From: the human T2T-CHM13v2.0 reference genome, Homo sapiens
NCBI RefSeq assembly: GCF_009914755.1
Contig: NC_060937.1
Length of the DNA stretch: 64,000 nt
Strand: one strand, 5' to 3'
Part shown: one piece after another, positions 63,066-64,000 of the stretch
How positions within the stretch are numbered: position 1 is the first letter of the stretch
How the letters are laid out: each line of letters begins with the position of its first letter
Made by a program: the position numbers and the translations under genes
The notes under the pieces: generated by a model
Told to the model about the DNA's origin: nothing
The model's database searches: none
The model's input: the letters and a program-made list of their open reading frames with translations, nothing else

Positions 63066-63441
63066 TGATATGGTTTGGCTCTGTGTCCCCATCCAAATCT
63101 CATCTCGAATTGCAGTCCCCATGTGTCAGGGGAGGGACCCAGTAGGAGGTGACTGGATCACGGGGCCAGTTTCCTTTATGGTGTTCTTGTGATAGTGAGT
63201 TCTCACAAGATCTGATGGTTTAAAAGTGTGGCACTTTCCCCCCAACCCCCTGCCTTGCTCTCTCTATCTCTCTCCTGCCACCATGTAAGACATGCCTTGC
63301 AAGCTTCCCGTTCCACCACAATTTTAAGTTTCCTGAGGCCTCCTCAGCCATGCAGAACTGTGAGTCAACTCTTTTCCTTAAAAATTACCCAGTCTCAGGT
63401 ACTTTTATTAATATACAGCATTGTGAGAACGGACTAATACA
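63066..63441 (+). mobile_element. THE1D-like MaLR solo LTR
   Basis: tgatatggtttggctctgtgtcccc...aagtttcctgaggcctcctcagccatgcagaactgtgagtcaa...acggactaataca. Confidence 0.9.
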
Positions 63442-63464
63442 GATGATTAAATAATAGTAATATT

Positions 63465-64000
63465 CTTTTTTTAAAAAATAATTTCAACTTTTATTTTAGA
63501 TTCAGAGGGCACATATGCAGGCTTGTTACATGAGTATATTGTGTGACACTGAGGTTTGAGGTTCAATTAATCCCATCACTGAGGTTCTGAGCATAGTACC
63601 TAATAGGTAGTTTTTCAGCCCTTGACTCCCTCCCTTTTTCCTCCCTCCCTTTCTCCTCCCTCCCTTTCATCTTCCTCTGGTAGTCTCCAGTGTCTGCTGT
63701 TTCCATCTTTACGTCCACGTGTACTCAATGTTTAGCTCACACTTATAAGTGAGAAAATGCAGGATTTGGTTTTCTGTTCCTGCATTAATTCACTTGGGCT
63801 AACAGCTTCCAGCTGCATCCATGTTGCTGCAAAGGACATGATTTCGTTCTTTTTTATGGCTGGGCAGTATTTCATGGTGTATGTGTACCACATGGTCTTT
63901 ATCTAATCCACCACTGATGGACCCCTAGATTGATTCCATGTCTTTGCTATTGTGAATAGTGCTGCAGTGAACATATGAGCACACGCGTCTTTTTGGTGGA
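63465..64000 (-). mobile_element. Old L1P (about L1PA15-17) 3' end, running off the window
   Basis: caacttttattttagattcagagggcacatatgcagg...gtactcaatgtttagctcacacttataagtgagaa...gctgcaaaggacatgatttcgttc. Confidence 0.9.

Overview
Human (an AluYb8 copy is present), Alu-rich, apparently non-coding genomic DNA. I find no supportable protein-coding gene, RNA gene, processed pseudogene or CRISPR array. The listed ORFs are Alu read-throughs, GC-rich or chance ORFs, or LINE fossils. The window holds about 50 Alu/FLAM/FRAM copies, two HAL1 copies, several L1M/L1P fragments, L2/MIR, an unusually long L3/CR1 fossil with a readable reverse-transcriptase frame, solo LTRs (MER66, MLT1B, THE1D, LTR33) and DNA-transposon fossils (MER47/Tigger5, MER104, MER5A, MER20, Zaphod/MER115). 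One CpG island lies at about 56.5-57.1 kb with no recognisable coding exon, and several repeat-free, motif-rich blocks look like enhancers. The most unusual items are: (1) a 63-bp inverted copy of unique sequence from 21.6 kb inserted inside an Alu monomer at 26.9 kb; (2) a 70-nt near-perfect hairpin in the loop of an inverted Alu pair; (3) a cruciform-prone Alu-(TA)n-Alu palindrome, a G4 motif and a (GGAA)17 tract around the CpG island; (4) a 3x ~54-bp minisatellite carrying CRE half-sites; (5) an 18-bp duplication that builds a p53/p63-type site; (6) a probable ancient amniote SINE/L2 tail. I did not find a convincing new multi-gene system and could not identify the locus. Repeat family names come from recalled consensus sequences and boundaries are approximate.
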